DNA from: OCS116 cluster bacterium AG-430-B22
Lineage (GTDB): Bacteria; Pseudomonadota; Alphaproteobacteria; MED-G09
DNA: 64,000 nt
Direction of reading: 5' to 3'
Assembly (NCBI GenBank): GCA_003209955.1
Contig: QCOD01000001.1
Coordinates: forward strand, 33,330 to 97,329
Part shown: in pieces, positions 29,466 to 39,490 of the stretch
Layout of the letters: each line of letters starts with the position of its first letter
How positions within the stretch are numbered: position 1 is the stretch's first letter
Translations under genes and position numbers: made by a program
The notes under the pieces: generated by a model
Seen by the model: only the letters and a program-made list of their open reading frames with translations
Database searches by the model: none
What the model was told of the DNA's origin: nothing

Positions 29466-29935
29466 ATTTTCTTGATAAGATATTTCCTGAAAATGCGAAC
29501 AATAACTATTCAGGAAATCGAATAGCCTTATGGGTACTGATAGGATTTCTTGCTCTTATGACTTGGCGCTCAGCAATACACATGTTTTTTGAACCCTTTG
29601 GATTGCATAATATTGCAAATATTGTTGTTTTGATGGGTAACCCCGATCCAATGCCATTAATTTATCGCTTTTTTTCTATTTGGGGATTTGCACAATTAAT
29701 TTTTTGTATTGCTTGTTGGATTGCAATCATTAAATACAGGTCATTTATACCATTAATGTATTTATTTTGGATTTTTGAGTGGGGAGTAAGAGTTATTTAT
29801 TATCCATTTTTTGGAAGAGGTGGTGATGTAATTAATAATTATAATACAGCAGGTACGCCTGGGTTTTATATGGCTCCATACATTTTGATCTTATTAATAA
29901 TATTTTTTATTTTATCTTTAAGGAGACAAAATTGA
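29459..29935 (+). CDS. Hypothetical membrane protein
   Basis: About four hydrophobic segments; overlaps both neighbours in an operon. Confidence 0.7.
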   Translation: MVDFLDKIFPENANNNYSGNRIALWVLIGFLALMTWRSAIHMFFEPFGLHNIANIVVLMGNPDPMPLIYRFFSIWGFAQLIFCIACWIAIIKYRSFIPLMYLFWIFEWGVRVIYYPFFGRGGDVINNYNTAGTPGFYMAPYILILLIIFFILSLRRQN

Positions 29936-30993
29936 AAATAATCAAATATTTGATTTTTATAATCGCAATTTTAGTTATTGGTGTTTTAATTTTAATAAGA
30001 ATCCCTTCAATTCAGGACAGAATAGCAACTAGAGTCATTAAAAATACTCTTACTAATCCATTGTCTTTACCTGATGATGCGCTAACCGCTCTAGTATGTG
30101 GCTCTCGCTCTCCAATACCTTCACCTAATAGAGCTGAAACTTGTATTTTAATTAAGGCTGGAGAAAATCTTTATATAGTTGATGTTGGTGACGGTAGTAT
30201 AAGTAATTTAAGAAATTGGAGAGTCGATATTAATAAAGTGAAGGCCGTTTTACTTACACATCTGCACTCTGATCATATATCTGATCTTGCCGATTTACAT
30301 TTAAATTCTTGGATTATGAATCCTACAAGATCAAAGAAATTAGATGTCTTTGGTCCACAAGGAGTTGACCAAGTTGTTAATGGTTTTGATGCTGCATACA
30401 AATTAGATTATCAGTTTAGAAACGAACACCATGGCGATGATGTTGCACCACTTGATTCTGCTGGCTATGAACCAAATATTATCGATTTAGCAAGTCCAAT
30501 TATTATTGATGATAATGGCTTAAAAGTTACAGCCTTCTCTGTGATTCATGACCCTGTTGAACCAGCTTTAGGATACCGTTTTGATTATAAAGGAAGATCA
30601 ATAGTGATAAGTGGTGATACAATTTATCATGATAATGTTATCAAAAACTCAAAAGATGCTGATGTTTTATTTCACGAGGCTCAAGCAAATCATATGATTA
30701 AAATTATGGAAAATGAAAATGTAAAGTTAGGCAATCTTTTGTTGGCTAAAGTTATGTCGGATATTGTTACCTATCATACGACACCAGTTGAGGCGGCAGA
30801 AATTGCAAATAAAGCTAATGTTCGACATTTGGTTTTTTATCACCTTACCCCTGCACCAAGAAATAATATTATGGAAAATATGTTTGTTAGAGGTGTAAAT
30901 GAGGTAAGAGAGGAATGGACATTATCTGATGATGGAACAATGGTGATTTTACCTCTTAATTCTGATAAGATAGAAATCAAAAAAATAAATTAA
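29932..30993 (+). CDS. MBL-fold metallohydrolase, RNase Z/arylsulfatase AtsA-like, N-terminally anchored
   Basis: THLHSDH, ISGDT, FHEA, YHTT, YHL. Confidence 0.88.
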   Translation: MKIIKYLIFIIAILVIGVLILIRIPSIQDRIATRVIKNTLTNPLSLPDDALTALVCGSRSPIPSPNRAETCILIKAGENLYIVDVGDGSISNLRNWRVDINKVKAVLLTHLHSDHISDLADLHLNSWIMNPTRSKKLDVFGPQGVDQVVNGFDAAYKLDYQFRNEHHGDDVAPLDSAGYEPNIIDLASPIIIDDNGLKVTAFSVIHDPVEPALGYRFDYKGRSIVISGDTIYHDNVIKNSKDADVLFHEAQANHMIKIMENENVKLGNLLLAKVMSDIVTYHTTPVEAAEIANKANVRHLVFYHLTPAPRNNIMENMFVRGVNEVREEWTLSDDGTMVILPLNSDKIEIKKIN

Positions 30994-30995
30994 AT

Positions 30996-31328
30996 ATGCT
31001 TTTTTTAATAACTAAAATCATTGTGACTGCTGCTATTATTGTCCTGATAAGCGAAATTGCTAAAGTTAACGATAAGTTAGGTGGCTTAATAGCTGCAATG
31101 CCTATTATGACACTGCTTGTTATTTTGTGGATGTATTATGATGGAAATTCTAATGAAAAAATTTCTTCACATATATCATATACATTGTTTTATATTGTGC
31201 CAACCATACCAATGTTCTTAATTTTTCCTTTTGTCATTTCAAAATTTGGTTTTTATATAGCTTTTTTAATAAGTATTTTAATAACAGTAATTTCTGTAAC
31301 AATTCTAAATTTTTTTATAAAAATCTAA
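30996..31328 (+). CDS. DUF3147-like small membrane protein
   Basis: ISEIAK...LGGLIAAMP...W.Y; four TM. Confidence 0.7.
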   Translation: MLFLITKIIVTAAIIVLISEIAKVNDKLGGLIAAMPIMTLLVILWMYYDGNSNEKISSHISYTLFYIVPTIPMFLIFPFVISKFGFYIAFLISILITVISVTILNFFIKI

Positions 31329-32482
31329 TTTATATTGTCGCGCATTGTTCTAAAACAATTTCTTATTTCATTTATAAAAAGTTCGGGTTGTTCAAAGGCT
31401 GCAAAATGACCTCCTTTATCTAACTCGTTCCAATAGACAATGTTTGCATAAACTTGCTCTGCCCAAGCTCTTGGTGTACGAGAGATTTCTTTTGGAAAGA
31501 TACTACAACCAATTGGTAATGAGAGTTTTTTGTCAGAATTACCTCCAAATGATCCAAAGCTTTCCCAATAAAGACGTGCTGAAGATGCACCGCTTTTTGT
31601 TAACCAATAAAACATGATATTATCAATTAATTCTTCCTTTGTGAGGATATTTTCGGGATGACCATCACAGTCAGTCCATTCATAAAATTTTTCAATTATC
31701 CAAGCCGCTTGACCTATTGGTGAATCGACTAGGCTATAACCTAAGGTTTGTGGTCTTGTGCTTTGTTGTTTTGAATAACCAGAACCCCATTCTTGATAAT
31801 AATTTAAGCCTTCAAATGCAATTTTATCCCTCTCACTTGGATTTTCTATAGCCTCCTTAGTTGGTGGAGCAAAAGGCATGTTAACATGTAGCCCTAAACA
31901 ATTACCTTTGTTCTGCTTTCCAATAGCAATTGTTATGGCTGAGCCCCAATCACCACCTTGTGCGAAGTAATTTTTATAGCCAATTTTATTCATTAATTGA
32001 TCCCAAATTTCAGCAATTTTATCAACTCCTGTTCCATTCTTTGATGGTTTACTAGAAAATCCATATCCAGGAAGAGTAGGGCAAACAACATGGAATGCAT
32101 CTTCTTTCTCTCCCCCATAATTAAGGGGATCAACGAGAGGTCTTATTATTTTATGAAATTCTACAATTGAACCAGGCCAACCATGACTCATAATTAAAGG
32201 TGTTGCATTTTCAATTTCACTTTTAACATGAACGAAATGAATATCAAGTTCATCTATAGTCGTAATATACTGATCAAAAGAATTATAATACTCTTCTCTT
32301 TTTCTCCAGTTATAGTTATTAATCCAATATTCACTAACTTCTTTCATATAAGATAAAGGGGTGCCTTGGTTCCAGTCGTTTACAGTTTCTTTTTCTGGCC
32401 ATCGGGTAGATTCGATTCTGCTTTTTAATTTATTTATATCTTCATCAGCAATTTCGATTTTGAAGGGTTTTATTTCTGACAT
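31325..32482 (-). CDS. Epoxide hydrolase (microsomal/EHN type)
   Basis: IKPFKI...L..RI..TRWP, HGWPGS, QGGDWG, GGHFAAFEQP. Confidence 0.93.
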   Translation of the reverse strand: MSEIKPFKIEIADEDINKLKSRIESTRWPEKETVNDWNQGTPLSYMKEVSEYWINNYNWRKREEYYNSFDQYITTIDELDIHFVHVKSEIENATPLIMSHGWPGSIVEFHKIIRPLVDPLNYGGEKEDAFHVVCPTLPGYGFSSKPSKNGTGVDKIAEIWDQLMNKIGYKNYFAQGGDWGSAITIAIGKQNKGNCLGLHVNMPFAPPTKEAIENPSERDKIAFEGLNYYQEWGSGYSKQQSTRPQTLGYSLVDSPIGQAAWIIEKFYEWTDCDGHPENILTKEELIDNIMFYWLTKSGASSARLYWESFGSFGGNSDKKLSLPIGCSIFPKEISRTPRAWAEQVYANIVYWNELDKGGHFAAFEQPELFINEIRNCFRTMRDNIN

Positions 32483-32562
32483 TGTTTTATTATTCTCACT
32501 TATTATTTAAATTATGCCAAAATTTATGCTTAAATAAAAATATATTTTTTAAGGGGAAAACT

Positions 32563-32973
32563 ATGAGTGATCATGTAGCGGATAGAATTGCTTTACAAGA
32601 TGTTATGCTTAGATATGCAGCAGGTGTTGATGAGCGTGATTTTGATCTTTATTCTTCATGTTTTATCGAAGATGTGGAGATCCTAGATTTTGGTGAAGAA
32701 CCTATAAATGGAAGAGATAATTGGGTTGAATATGTGAAAGGTGCACTCTCAAATTATGGCCCAACTCAGCATATGCTTGGCCCTCAGCTTGCCTCAATTA
32801 ATGGTGATGACGCTCACTGCAGAACAGATGTTCAGGCTTTACATTATCTTAAAGAACCCGAGGGTGAAATACTTACTCTTTGGGCAACATATGAAACAGA
32901 TATGAAGAGAGTTGATGGAGAATGGAAAATATATCGTCATAGATTAGTTTCAAGAGGAATTCGTCAGCAATAA
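32563..32973 (+). CDS. SnoaL-like (NTF2-fold) protein
   Basis: DRIALQDV..RYA.GVD.RD, TQH, Y..D..RVDGEWKI; ATG 32563 follows AAGGGG. Confidence 0.85.
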   Translation: MSDHVADRIALQDVMLRYAAGVDERDFDLYSSCFIEDVEILDFGEEPINGRDNWVEYVKGALSNYGPTQHMLGPQLASINGDDAHCRTDVQALHYLKEPEGEILTLWATYETDMKRVDGEWKIYRHRLVSRGIRQQ

Positions 32974-33425
32974 TGTCTTTAAAAACAAAAATACCACCTC
33001 CAGTAGTTACAATATTATTTGCTATTATGATTTTCTATTTTTCGGACAATTTTACATATATCGATTTACCTTTTAAAATATATATTTCACTATTTTTCAT
33101 AGTATTAGGTTTTATTGTAACTTTTTCTTCAGCAAGAAATTTTAAAAAGAAGGATACAACTGTTAATCCTATGAAACCCAATGAGACCTCTAAATTAGTA
33201 ACTGATGGTTTTTTTAAGATTACACGTAACCCTATGTATTTAGGTATGTTGTTGTTTTTGTTGGGTTTATCTATTTATAACGGTTTAATTGTAGGTTTAA
33301 TATTCTTACCTTTATTTGTTGGATATATTACTTATTTTCAAATTATTCCTGAAGAGAATGCCATGCTTGAGATCTTTGGCGAAGAATACAAAGTATATAT
33401 GAAAAAAGTTAGGCGATGGATTTGA
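32973..33425 (+). CDS. Isoprenylcysteine carboxyl methyltransferase/PEMT family membrane protein
   Basis: LVTDG.F..TRNPMYLG, QIIPEE, FGEEY..Y..KVRRWI. Confidence 0.88.
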   Translation: MSLKTKIPPPVVTILFAIMIFYFSDNFTYIDLPFKIYISLFFIVLGFIVTFSSARNFKKKDTTVNPMKPNETSKLVTDGFFKITRNPMYLGMLLFLLGLSIYNGLIVGLIFLPLFVGYITYFQIIPEENAMLEIFGEEYKVYMKKVRRWI

Positions 33426-33428
33426 TAA

Positions 33429-34316
33429 ATGGCTGATATAAAACACTTGAAAGCAGATGCGTCTCAAGAGGATATCCTGAGTGTCATTGATCAAGATGCA
33501 GCGTTAATCTTAGATGATGTTCTAGACAATGATTTATCAAGCCAGATTAAAGATGAGCTAGATCCTTATTTAAATAGCTATATTAAAGGAAAGACCGAGT
33601 TTACTGGTTTTGAGACTAAAAGAGTAGGAGGCTTGTTAGCAAGATCAGTAGGTTGTCAAAATCTAGCTCTTCATCCCCTTATAAATAATCTAGCTTGTAA
33701 TTTCCTTGAACCTTATGGCGATGGGTATCAACTTCACTTCACTTCGGCAGTTAGTATTGGTCCTGGAGAGTCAAAACAGATACTTCATCGCGATAGGGGT
33801 ATCTGGGGTGGATATATTCCAAGAAAAATAGAAACTCATTTCAGTACAATTTGGGCTTTAACTGATTTCACTAAAGAAAATGGCGCTACTCAAGTTGTTC
33901 CAGGTTCGCATAAATGGGATAAAGATAGAGTCCCTAATGAGGATGAAATTGCTTATGCTGAAATGTCTTCTGGCTCAGTATTGCTTTATACTGGGACTGT
34001 TCTTCACGGAGGTGGAAAAAACTCCACTGATAATGAGATTAGAACTGGAGTTTTTATGCATTATACCTTGAACTGGTTAAGGCAAGAGGAAAATCAGTAT
34101 CTATCTCACCCTCCTGAAGTTGCTAAGAATTTTTCACCTGAATTAAGAGCCCTTATTGGATATTCAAAAGGTGGATATGTACTTGGTTTTTACACTGACC
34201 CTGATGATAAAAAAGGAACAATGGATTCAGTAAGTCCTGAAAGAATTTTTGGAGAAGAAGAGGATGATTTCTCATCATTGCCTCCTCAAAGCGATTTAGT
34301 AAAAGATACTTCATAG
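33429..34316 (+). CDS. Phytanoyl-CoA dioxygenase-family Fe(II)/2OG oxygenase
   Basis: LHRD, DFTKENGATQVVPGSH, LHGGG, RQEENQ. Confidence 0.9.
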   Translation: MADIKHLKADASQEDILSVIDQDAALILDDVLDNDLSSQIKDELDPYLNSYIKGKTEFTGFETKRVGGLLARSVGCQNLALHPLINNLACNFLEPYGDGYQLHFTSAVSIGPGESKQILHRDRGIWGGYIPRKIETHFSTIWALTDFTKENGATQVVPGSHKWDKDRVPNEDEIAYAEMSSGSVLLYTGTVLHGGGKNSTDNEIRTGVFMHYTLNWLRQEENQYLSHPPEVAKNFSPELRALIGYSKGGYVLGFYTDPDDKKGTMDSVSPERIFGEEEDDFSSLPPQSDLVKDTS

Positions 34317-34324
34317 TAATTTCA

Positions 34325-35092
34325 ATGATAAAAAAATTAGATAATAAAGTTGCTATAATTACCGGCGGAGCTGGCGGAATAGGGAAGGCAATAGCAATAG
34401 AATTTTTAAATCAAGGATCTGATGTATTGCTTTTTGATTTAAATGAAAGCGACTTAAAAAACTTGTGCCAAGAAATTGGCTCTAATCACCTTAGCTATTG
34501 CGCAGGTGACGTAACTTCTATTGAGGATAATTTAAGAGCTGTAGAAATAGCAAAAGAGAAATTTGGAGGTCTTGATATTTTTGTTGCAAATGCTGGCATT
34601 GAAGGTGATGTTAAAAATTTAGAAGATTATGATATTGATAAATTTGATCAAGTTATGGCTGTAAATGTGAAAGGGCCTTTTTTAGGTTTGAAGGCATCCA
34701 TTCCAGCACTAACTGATAGAGGAGGTGGAAGTTTTATTATAACTTCTAGTATCGCAGGTTTATCTGGTGCGCCACAAATAGGCGCCTATGCAACAAGTAA
34801 GCATGCCGTAATTGGTTTGATGAAATCTGCCGCAAAAGAGAATGCTGAAAAAAATATAAGAGTAAACACAGTTAACCCATCTCCTGTTGAGACAAGAATG
34901 ATGCGCAGTCTAGAGGAAGGATTGATGCCGGGTGAGTCTGAGCAAGCTAAAGATCTTATGGAATCAAATATTCCATTAGGTAGATATGGTAAACCCGAAG
35001 ATGTAGCCAAAGTAATGCTTTTCCTTGCAAGCGATGATAGTTCTTTTGTTACAGGCTCTGTTTATAATGTTGATGGAGGAAGTACTGCTTAA
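34325..35092 (+). CDS. Short-chain dehydrogenase/reductase
   Basis: TGGAGGIG, ANAG, YATSK, VDGG. Confidence 0.93.
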   Translation: MIKKLDNKVAIITGGAGGIGKAIAIEFLNQGSDVLLFDLNESDLKNLCQEIGSNHLSYCAGDVTSIEDNLRAVEIAKEKFGGLDIFVANAGIEGDVKNLEDYDIDKFDQVMAVNVKGPFLGLKASIPALTDRGGGSFIITSSIAGLSGAPQIGAYATSKHAVIGLMKSAAKENAEKNIRVNTVNPSPVETRMMRSLEEGLMPGESEQAKDLMESNIPLGRYGKPEDVAKVMLFLASDDSSFVTGSVYNVDGGSTA

Positions 35093-36507
35093 GGCTTAAA
35101 AGGGCCTTTTGCAATATATTTATCCATTGTCTGGTGGTAATGCCTAAGCCTACTTTCCTGATAATTTGCATATGTTATTTTACCAGATTTACTAGCTCGA
35201 ATACCTCTTTCAACCTCAGGTATGTTACTCATATCTTGATCAAAAATAAAACCTATACCAGTTAATTCTTCAGCATCATCCCAGTTTTCATCTTCATTTA
35301 GATAATGTATTGGGATTGGTTCATACTTTTCTTGCTTATCAGGATCTTTATGATTTCTTTGCAAAAACATAGCTTCCATTATTGCAGAGTCTTCTCTATT
35401 TCCATTTGGTCGAAATCTATAGATAAGGTTTCTTGGAAAGCCACCCCAGGGTGAAAAATTTGGAAATACATTATAAACTATTGCATCAAGCATTTCTGCA
35501 TCTGATTTATCAGAGTAATCATGTCCATCGGCTTCTTCAAAGGCATCTCTCATAGCTTGTGCTGCAACCTTTCTAGCCTCCTCTCCTTCTGGGACGAGTA
35601 TCTTATCATCTGCAGCCATTCGACCAGATCCATAAAAAATGGTATCTAATATTTCTTGTTCATCTACATTTTTAAGATTTGGGCTTGGTTTTCCCGTTAA
35701 GGCAATATTTCTATTCATATGATCGCCATAAATATCATATCGTGCATTTTCATCTGCTTGGAAAGGTAAAATTTCTGGGTGAATTAATGTCGCATGAAAA
35801 GATTCCATAAATGCTTCTTGAACTGTTTTCCAGTTACCCGGAACCACTTTTGAAACATGAATAACTTTTTTACAATCACCTAAATTCCATCTTTTATGGT
35901 GTTCTGGAAGAGGAGCAAGGTATTCTTCTAATGAGACAGCCTTATCATCCATATTAATAAATACAAAGCCTTCCCAAATCTCAACTCTAACTTCAGGAAG
36001 CTTAAAATCTCTATCTTTTATGTGCTGAAAATCCCATGAAGCAGGAGTAAATTTTAATGATCCATCTAAATTCCAACAAAAACCATGGAAAGGACATTGT
36101 AGATCTTTACCAAATCCGCGTTCAGTTTTTATTCTTCTACCTCTATGCAAACAGCTATTATAAAAAGCTTGAATTTTATCTTCTTCAGATCTCACAATCA
36201 AAAAAGACCAATCAAGTATATCATATACAAGGCTGTCACCAACTTCCGGAATATCCTCTACTCTGCATGCAAATTGCCAGACTCTAGTCCACATACAGTC
36301 TCTTTCTTTTTCAAAAAATTCTTTAGAAATGTATCTGGAAGTATCAATATCTTCAGAGCCAAGATATTCATAAGTTTCTTCGACCATAAATTCAGGTACT
36401 GTTTTGGCATCTTCCATTAGGTACTCTGTATAGCTTGTATCTGGCGATCTTTCGTCACCAGTTTTAACAACTGAAAGTTTTTGATTTTCTTTTTTTATTT
36501 CACTCAT
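35089..36507 (-). CDS. Rieske non-heme iron oxygenase alpha subunit
   Basis: CLHRG...CPFHG Rieske motif; ESFHATLIH and DQD iron ligands. Confidence 0.93.
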   Translation of the reverse strand: MSEIKKENQKLSVVKTGDERSPDTSYTEYLMEDAKTVPEFMVEETYEYLGSEDIDTSRYISKEFFEKERDCMWTRVWQFACRVEDIPEVGDSLVYDILDWSFLIVRSEEDKIQAFYNSCLHRGRRIKTERGFGKDLQCPFHGFCWNLDGSLKFTPASWDFQHIKDRDFKLPEVRVEIWEGFVFINMDDKAVSLEEYLAPLPEHHKRWNLGDCKKVIHVSKVVPGNWKTVQEAFMESFHATLIHPEILPFQADENARYDIYGDHMNRNIALTGKPSPNLKNVDEQEILDTIFYGSGRMAADDKILVPEGEEARKVAAQAMRDAFEEADGHDYSDKSDAEMLDAIVYNVFPNFSPWGGFPRNLIYRFRPNGNREDSAIMEAMFLQRNHKDPDKQEKYEPIPIHYLNEDENWDDAEELTGIGFIFDQDMSNIPEVERGIRASKSGKITYANYQESRLRHYHQTMDKYIAKGPFKP

Positions 36508-36681
36508 ATTAACACCATATATAGCATTCCCTAGTTTTTATGTTATTTTTTAATTTTAGCAAGAAAAAATGGTATTTTTTAAAACAAATTCTTTACTCAA
36601 AAAAAACTGTAATTTCATTATATTTTAACCTAGACTATAAACTAATTGATCTTAGTAATTAATGAAAATAGGGGGTTTTCT

Positions 36682-37080
36682 ATGAATAATATGGAAGAAA
36701 AATTAGCTATAAGAGAGCTATTAGATAGATACTGTGATGGCGTTAATCAAAGAGATGCTGACATTTGGGGCAGCACATGGTCAGAAAACGCTATCTGGGA
36801 AATTCCACATTTAGATATCAAAAATGAAAGCAAGAAAACAATCGTTAATGTTTGGAATGATGCCATGAAAGGATATCCATTTGTACATATGATAGCTCAA
36901 CCTGGTTTTATTAATATTGATGGTGATAAAGCTTATATGAGAAGTTATACTATTGAAACGGCAGTTTTACCAGATGGAACTGAATTACGACCTTGTGGTC
37001 AATATGATGACGAATGCATTAAAGAAAATGGTGAATGGAAATTTTCTAAGAGATCATTTAGCAATCTTTATGGAGAATAA
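36682..37080 (+). CDS. SnoaL-like (NTF2-fold) protein
   Basis: AIRELLDRYCD.V..RD, GQYDD...ENGEWKF..R; ATG 36682 after GGGGG. Confidence 0.85.
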   Translation: MNNMEEKLAIRELLDRYCDGVNQRDADIWGSTWSENAIWEIPHLDIKNESKKTIVNVWNDAMKGYPFVHMIAQPGFINIDGDKAYMRSYTIETAVLPDGTELRPCGQYDDECIKENGEWKFSKRSFSNLYGE

Positions 37081-38450
37081 TGATAATGAATAAAATTATA
37101 CCCACGCCAAGGGATAAGCATCCCGATCCTAAACTAAGAGGAGATAGGATTTCAGGTGAAAGATATTACTCGAAAGAATTTATGCAAAAAGAATGGGATC
37201 ATATGTGGACAAAAGTGTGGCAGATTGCGGGGATTGCATCTGAGATATCAGAACCAGATGATTTTTTTGTTTATAAAATTGGCTTAGAAGAAGTTTTAGT
37301 AGTTCGCCAAAAAGATAGATCTGTAAAGGCTTTTTACAATGTTTGTCCTCATAGAGGAAATATATTGGTTCATGTTGAAAACGGATCATTAGATACTTTT
37401 AAATGCACTTACCATGGGTGGGAGTACGATACTGAGGGAGTTTTAAGGAATCTTCAAGATCCTGAGGATTTTGATGATGGTAATCCTTGTGGGAAAATTA
37501 AGTTAAAACAAATTCGTTGTGAGGTCGCCTTAGGTTTTGTTTGGATTACTCTCTCTGATGAGCCTCAAAACTTTGAAGATGCCCTTAATCCCTTAATTAG
37601 TCATATGAATCCTTATCAGCCTGAGAAATATATAAGAGTTTTAAATCTTACTTGTGAAGTTGACTGTAATTGGAAGATAATTCATGATAATTTTAATGAG
37701 TCCTATCATTTACCAACATTACACCCTGAGCTTTCTGTTCATATCGAAAATGATTATAAATTTTCGCAATTTGATATGTATGATAATGGTCACAATAGAA
37801 TGCTTATGCCCGGTCATAAACCAGCATTAGGGGATCAGTCACCAAATGAGGTCAATTTCCCTCTTGATGCTGCACTAGAGGCCTGGGATTTGAATCCTGA
37901 GGATTTTAAAGGTAAAGCTCAAGAAACAAGACTAGCTATACAAAAGCAAAAGAGAAAATTAGCCAAAGGTAGAGGTTTTTGGCATTATGAATTTTTAACC
38001 GATGAACAATTGACTGATTATTATTTTTATAATTGCTTTCCTAATTATGATATCACAATGACTCCTGATGGAATTCAGTTTCAAAGACCACAGCCACATC
38101 CAACTGATCCAGAAAAATGCCTTTTTGAGCATTGGTGGCTTGTTCCAGATATGGAGCAATTATCAGCCTCAGCAACTTTCATGGGATCTGATACAACTGA
38201 AAATACTGCTGGAGAGAATATGACCGAGACACCTCTTGGACCAAGGCCATTGAGACCTGCAGAGCATGAATGGGTAATATATCCAGAAGGTTCTATGGGT
38301 TATGTTACTGATCAAGATATCAGTATGGCCATAGGTCAGCAAAAAGGCGTCAAGTCAAAAGGCTTTGATGATGCAATTTTAACTAATCAAGAAAGAAGGG
38401 TTAGAAGGTATCACGAGGTGCTAAATGATTATATTGAAGGAAGAAGATAA
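37080..38450 (+). CDS. Rieske non-heme iron oxygenase alpha subunit
   Basis: CPHRG...CTYHG, NESYHLPTLH, DQD. Confidence 0.93.
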   Translation: MIMNKIIPTPRDKHPDPKLRGDRISGERYYSKEFMQKEWDHMWTKVWQIAGIASEISEPDDFFVYKIGLEEVLVVRQKDRSVKAFYNVCPHRGNILVHVENGSLDTFKCTYHGWEYDTEGVLRNLQDPEDFDDGNPCGKIKLKQIRCEVALGFVWITLSDEPQNFEDALNPLISHMNPYQPEKYIRVLNLTCEVDCNWKIIHDNFNESYHLPTLHPELSVHIENDYKFSQFDMYDNGHNRMLMPGHKPALGDQSPNEVNFPLDAALEAWDLNPEDFKGKAQETRLAIQKQKRKLAKGRGFWHYEFLTDEQLTDYYFYNCFPNYDITMTPDGIQFQRPQPHPTDPEKCLFEHWWLVPDMEQLSASATFMGSDTTENTAGENMTETPLGPRPLRPAEHEWVIYPEGSMGYVTDQDISMAIGQQKGVKSKGFDDAILTNQERRVRRYHEVLNDYIEGRR

Positions 38451-38457
38451 GATTAAA

Positions 38458-39432
38458 TTAATATAATTCAATCATTATTCCAGGTTCAACTGTGTAAAAA
38501 TTAATATTTGTTTCAGAGACTATTTTCTTCAAGCGTTCTCTAGGCTCTAAAACCGGTTCATCAGTTAATATAAAGGTTCCCCAGTGCATTCCTATACTTT
38601 TTTTAGCCTCAAGATCTATTGATATATTCAGTGCTTCCTCTGGAGTAACATGAGAATAACTCATAAACCATTCAGGATCATATGCACCAATAGGTATCAT
38701 TGCAAAATCTACCGGCCCAAGTTTATTCTTTATTTCAACAAAATCTTTTGAATAACCTGTATCTCCAGCATGAAAAATATTCTTATTATCATTTTTAATG
38801 AACCAACTTCCCCATAAACTTTTATTTCTATCTCTAAGACCTCTTGCCGACCAATGCTGCGCTGGAGTGAAAGTGAATTTTGTTTTGCTTATTATCTTAT
38901 CTTCCCACCATATGAACTCATATCCATTAATAAGTTTATAGTTTTTCAGTAATTTTAAATCACCCTTTGGAACCAAAATTTTAACATCAGGAAATTTTTT
39001 TTGTATTTTTCTTAAGCTATTTATATCAAGATGATCATAATGATTATGACTAATTGTAATAACATCAATTTTTGGTAAATCTTTAATATCGATTACAGGT
39101 TTAATTAGTCTTTTTGGTCCAGCAAAAGATAATGGAGAAGCCCTATCCGAGAATATAGGATCAAATAAAATTGTAATATCGCCATTATTAACTAGAAACG
39201 TAGAGTGGCCAATCCATAAAGCATAAAATTTACGATCATCAAAAAATTCAGAATTTATAATTTCACTTGTTTCAATAAATTCTTTTTTTGGCTCTTCCCG
39301 ACTCCAGCTCCATTTTAGAACTTCACTAAAGCTTTTTTCATTCTTCTTACCATCAGAATTGGAAAACCTATCTTCTGAAAAAGATATTGAAGTAGAAAGT
39401 AGAATTATAAAAAAAATTAATAGTAATCTCAT
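38458..39432 (-). CDS. MBL-fold hydrolase, NAPE-PLD/RomA-like, secreted
   Basis: WIGHST, SHNHYDHLD, PAQHWSAR, GDTGY, PIGAY, HWGTF. Confidence 0.9.
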   Translation of the reverse strand: MRLLLIFFIILLSTSISFSEDRFSNSDGKKNEKSFSEVLKWSWSREEPKKEFIETSEIINSEFFDDRKFYALWIGHSTFLVNNGDITILFDPIFSDRASPLSFAGPKRLIKPVIDIKDLPKIDVITISHNHYDHLDINSLRKIQKKFPDVKILVPKGDLKLLKNYKLINGYEFIWWEDKIISKTKFTFTPAQHWSARGLRDRNKSLWGSWFIKNDNKNIFHAGDTGYSKDFVEIKNKLGPVDFAMIPIGAYDPEWFMSYSHVTPEEALNISIDLEAKKSIGMHWGTFILTDEPVLEPRERLKKIVSETNINFYTVEPGIMIELY

Positions 39433-39490
39433 GCAAATTATATAGTCTTAAATAGATATGTTTTCAAATAATGATTTTAAGGAATAAAAT

